A stretch of 59,449 bases of DNA. Origin: an uncultured bacterium. Its GTDB lineage: Bacteria; Patescibacteriota; Minisyncoccia; Phycocordibacterales; UBA2100. Of the stretch, positions 56,589 through 59,449 are shown in pieces. Made by a program: the position numbers and the translations under genes. Location: positions 1 through 59,449 of the forward strand of contig CAINVT010000058.1 of assembly GCA_903854215.1 (NCBI GenBank). The letters are read 5' to 3'. The notes beneath the pieces were generated by a model. It did not search any database and was not told the DNA's origin. It saw only the letters and a program-made list of their open reading frames with translations. How positions within the stretch are numbered: the first letter of the stretch is position 1; the number at the start of each line of letters is the position of its first letter.

Positions 56589-57893
56589 TTATTCCACCGC
56601 TTCGATCGACGCTCCCAATGCCTTCAAACGTTGGTGGAGATTCTCATAGCCGCGATTGATCGGGTAGACATCTCGAAGTGTCGATTCCCCTTCTGCTGCA
56701 AGCATACCGATAAGCAAGATCGTGGCGGGGCGCAAGGCGGGCGGCGCCTTGATATCGGCACCATGTAATGGCGTAGGACCTTCGACTTCTACACGATGTG
56801 GATCAAGCAGCGTCGTCTTTGCCCCCAGTTTATTTATTTCCGTAAACCAATGCGCGCGACCATCATACATCCAATCATGTATCAGCGTCGTGCCAACCGC
56901 TTGCGTCGCGATAGGGACAAAGAACGGGAGATTGTCAGCGTTGATTCCGGGGAATGGGCGCTCAGAAATCTTCTCTGGCGGCGCTATCAGCGTCGAGGGC
57001 TTGATAACGATATCGGCAAGGTGTGTTTGTCCATTCTCAGCCAGATATTTTGCACCGCGATCATACGAAAGCCCCATACTTTCAAGCGTCAAGAGTTCGA
57101 GCTCGAGCATATCAATCGGACAGCGTCGTACGGTAAGCTCGGAACCAGTCGTTGCCGCCGCAGAAAAGAAAAACATCGACTCAATGGGGTCCTCGCTTGG
57201 ATAGCCGACGATATCTGCGTTGATGTCATCCACGCCGTGTACCACGAGCGTTGACGTGCCAATACCGTCAATCTTCACGCCGCATCGCTCAAGAAAGAAG
57301 CAGAGATCCTGAACCATGTAGTCAGCGCTCGCGAATTTGATTGTCGTCACGCCGGGGATTTTTGCCGCCGCCATAAGCGTATTTTCGGTGCCGGTATTGC
57401 TCGCCTCATACATGACAATCTCCGCGAGGTGCTTATCTGCAACCTCTACATGGTAGGTGTGCTTTTCCTCATCACCTTGGAGTGTGATGCCCATACGTGC
57501 GAGCGCGTCCACATGTGGTCCGAGCGTTCGCTTACCTAAATCGCAACCAGCTGGAGCGGGCAGATCAAATGAGGTAAGCACATGCGCAAGCGGGGCTACG
57601 AACATCGCGATGGAACGCGTGCGCACCGCCGCCTCGCGATCGATATGCGAGAGATCAAATGTCGCAGGCGGCGTGATGACAATGTCACCGCCTTCTTTCC
57701 AATCAACAGTGACACCGATGCTCTTCAGTACTTCAAGGATTCGTTTCACTTCCTCAATGCGCGGCATGCGCTTCAATGTCGTCGTGCCTCTATTCAAAAG
57801 CGACGCGCAAAGCAAAGCGACTGCGGCGTTCTTGGAAATATTGGTCGTGACTTCCCCGCTTAGTTTCTTTCCGCCGATGACATGGTAATTCAT
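56589..57893 (-). CDS. murA: UDP-N-acetylglucosamine 1-carboxyvinyltransferase
   Basis: [12 protein letters not shown] loop with Cys, [18 protein letters not shown]. Confidence 0.95.
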   Translation of the reverse strand: MNYHVIGGKKLSGEVTTNISKNAAVALLCASLLNRGTTTLKRMPRIEEVKRILEVLKSIGVTVDWKEGGDIVITPPATFDLSHIDREAAVRTRSIAMFVAPLAHVLTSFDLPAPAGCDLGKRTLGPHVDALARMGITLQGDEEKHTYHVEVADKHLAEIVMYEASNTGTENTLMAAAKIPGVTTIKFASADYMVQDLCFFLERCGVKIDGIGTSTLVVHGVDDINADIVGYPSEDPIESMFFFSAAATTGSELTVRRCPIDMLELELLTLESMGLSYDRGAKYLAENGQTHLADIVIKPSTLIAPPEKISERPFPGINADNLPFFVPIATQAVGTTLIHDWMYDGRAHWFTEINKLGAKTTLLDPHRVEVEGPTPLHGADIKAPPALRPATILLIGMLAAEGESTLRDVYPINRGYENLHQRLKALGASIEAVE

Positions 57894-57897
57894 AGAA

Positions 57898-58422
57898 CTA
57901 TTGTACTTCAAATAACCTTGAAAGTATCGAGGCACCTGAAGTCTTAAGTTCGGTGAAATTCATGTCTTTATCGATACGGAAAAGAACATCAAATCCGTCA
58001 CCGGCAGTTGGCGGTTGCGCTTGGAGTTCTGCATATGCCGTACGCAGATATTCCTCGGAGACTTTCTTTCCCCTCGATGCGTTACGGTTCAGCACTTCCT
58101 CCAGAGGAATATCAAAGAAGAGTCCTTCAATCGTATTTACGCCCGCTAATCTTGCATCATCTACGAATCGTCTGCGTCGTGCCTGGTTCGAAAACGTCGA
58201 ATCGAAAACGGTGGTGCGACTCGCCCCGATACTGTCCATCACTCGTTTTCTCGCCTCGTTCCAGACAGCTTTGTCATCCGTATGATCATCTTCCTTGCCG
58301 AAGAGTTCGTTTCGGATGTCATCCGGAGATATATATTCATATCCATGTTCTATTGCGAATTTTCTCAGGATCGTCGTCTTTCCTGAACCCGGGATTCCAA
58401 TGCCAAAAATAAAGCTTGCCAT
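57898..58422 (-). CDS. P-loop kinase (AAA_33 / polynucleotide kinase-like)
   Basis: GIPGSGKTT, ISPDDIR, FDST, RNASR, PPTAGDGF; start moved to MASFIF, outside the tRNA. Confidence 0.85.
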   Translation of the reverse strand: MASFIFGIGIPGSGKTTILRKFAIEHGYEYISPDDIRNELFGKEDDHTDDKAVWNEARKRVMDSIGASRTTVFDSTFSNQARRRRFVDDARLAGVNTIEGLFFDIPLEEVLNRNASRGKKVSEEYLRTAYAELQAQPPTAGDGFDVLFRIDKDMNFTELKTSGASILSRLFEVQ

Positions 58423-58424
58423 TG

Positions 58425-58496
58425 TGCGCCGGGAAGGAATCGGACCTTCGACCTCTGTCTTATCAGGACAGCGTTCTACCACTGAACTACCGGCGC
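58425..58496 (-). tRNA. tRNA-Ile(GAT)
   Basis: GCGCCGG acceptor stem, anticodon arm CTGTC-CTGATAA-GACAG, T arm GAAGG-TCCGATT-CCTTC; no encoded CCA. Confidence 0.92.
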
Positions 58497-58530
58497 TTAC
58501 AGGAGCGATAGTAGCAAAAAACGATGATAT

Positions 58531-58806
58531 ATGCTAGTTTTTGTCAGGGCAATGAGGCTCTGTTCAACGTGGGAGATGTTCTTGTCGTATATTTCGTATG
58601 TGCCAGGCAAAGATCATCGCGGAGATGATCGCGGGCGGACGAACACATTCGGAGGCAAGTTTTTCGCTGACGTTCGGCTTCTCGACGCCGACATTGAGAA
58701 AGTATCCCAACACATGGCGGCGGCCGAAAAAAGTCGCAAAAAAACGCGCCGCAAGCGGAAAACGTTGAGCCAACAGGAGCAAGCTGCAATTCAGCATGGA
58801 AACTGA
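58531..58806 (+). CDS. small basic hypothetical protein (start uncertain)
   Basis: ORF followed by a hairpin and T run at 58822-58853. Confidence 0.4.
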   Translation: MLVFVRAMRLCSTWEMFLSYISYVPGKDHRGDDRGRTNTFGGKFFADVRLLDADIEKVSQHMAAAEKSRKKTRRKRKTLSQQEQAAIQHGN

Positions 58807-58946
58807 TGCAATTTTCTATACAAAAAGAGCGGTCGCATAGCGGCCGCTTTTTTATGAACTTTTCAAACTGTGGAAATGACAGTGGCGAAGAGATGTGCCA
58901 TATGCTAGCATCTTCGACGGAGCATGGGGCTCCGGGAGGCTTAACA

Positions 58947-59138
58947 GTGGTCAAAATTATTGGACCCGACGGCAAACAACACCGTAAGCCAAAAGACCGG
59001 CTCGAGAGCGATGAGTCTGTAGATTCCGCGCCGAATATCGTCACCACAAGACGGAGAGGCAAGCCGCGCTGGACATCTGAAGACTACAGGCTCCGTGGTA
59101 TTGAAACGGCGACGTCTACCCCCATGTATATCGAGTAG
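58947..59138 (+). CDS. small hypothetical protein (63 aa)
   Basis: SD GGGAGG 8 nt before a GTG start; hairpin and T run after the stop near 59157-59190. Confidence 0.45.
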   Translation: MVKIIGPDGKQHRKPKDRLESDESVDSAPNIVTTRRRGKPRWTSEDYRLRGIETATSTPMYIE

Positions 59139-59449
59139 GCGCGCTCACGGGACTATGCGGCCACCCTCTTCTGGGCGGCCGTTTTATTTTATCGACCCAA
59201 ACCAAAAACCACCTCTCGACTGTGCTCGGGGTGTTTTTCGTATAGCAAAACAATTCACAAACAGTAGAAAATCACTCTTTTGTTCCGTCCATCTCGTCAC
59301 GGTCTTTCCCGTGTGTCTGACAGATTGAAGGGTATTACTGTCATAACCCTTGTGTGCTCAGCTGAGACACACAAATCGACAATCAGTCTCCTTCCACCGA
59401 AGTGGAGATCAACGTCCAATTTTGGAATGAATCCACGAGCAGCTTCCGC

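Noticed and set aside
58423-58482. Extended N-terminus of the kinase ORF (MVERCPDKTEVEGPIPSRRT)
   Set aside because: It is the tRNA-Ile sequence read as codons.
59384-59449. 3' end of a minus-strand gene at the right edge
   Set aside because: Only 21 codons are visible; not enough to support a call.

Overview
A 59.4-kb chromosomal segment whose gene content and style point to a Patescibacteria (CPR, Parcubacteria-like) bacterium; the taxonomy is inferred, not searched. Left to right it holds: the 5' part of a 23S rRNA gene (minus strand) with its own promoter and no adjacent 16S or spacer tRNA; rplJ-rplL; a secreted lipase-like gene with a partner membrane gene; a REP-associated tyrosine transposase (RAYT) inside 55-bp inverted repeats; a ~32-kb surface-glycan cluster (about ten GT4/GT2/GT-C glycosyltransferases, flippase, GtrA, gmd, epimerases, methyltransferases); a VirD4/TraG-like ATPase; rsmI-murC-murD; nrdAB with a class Ic-type beta subunit; tRNA-Leu(CAG), murA and tRNA-Ile(GAT). 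The most interesting signals are not in the ORF track. (1) A promoter- and terminator-bounded ~170-nt intergenic RNA between murC and murD carries 18 nt of perfect complementarity to the canonical 16S 3' end inside a two-state fold, in a genome where many core genes look leaderless. (2) An NYN nuclease gene and a convergent small hairpin RNA form a cassette bounded by direct repeats. (3) The rplL C-terminal coding tail occurs four times, in two synonymous spellings, in a hairpin-rich 181-bp tandem unit. (4) Small palindromes are inserted in frame in murD, murC, rsmI and glycosyltransferases. (5) nrdA has a structured, terminator-containing leader. All product names come from motif recognition by eye; no database search or folding program was run.
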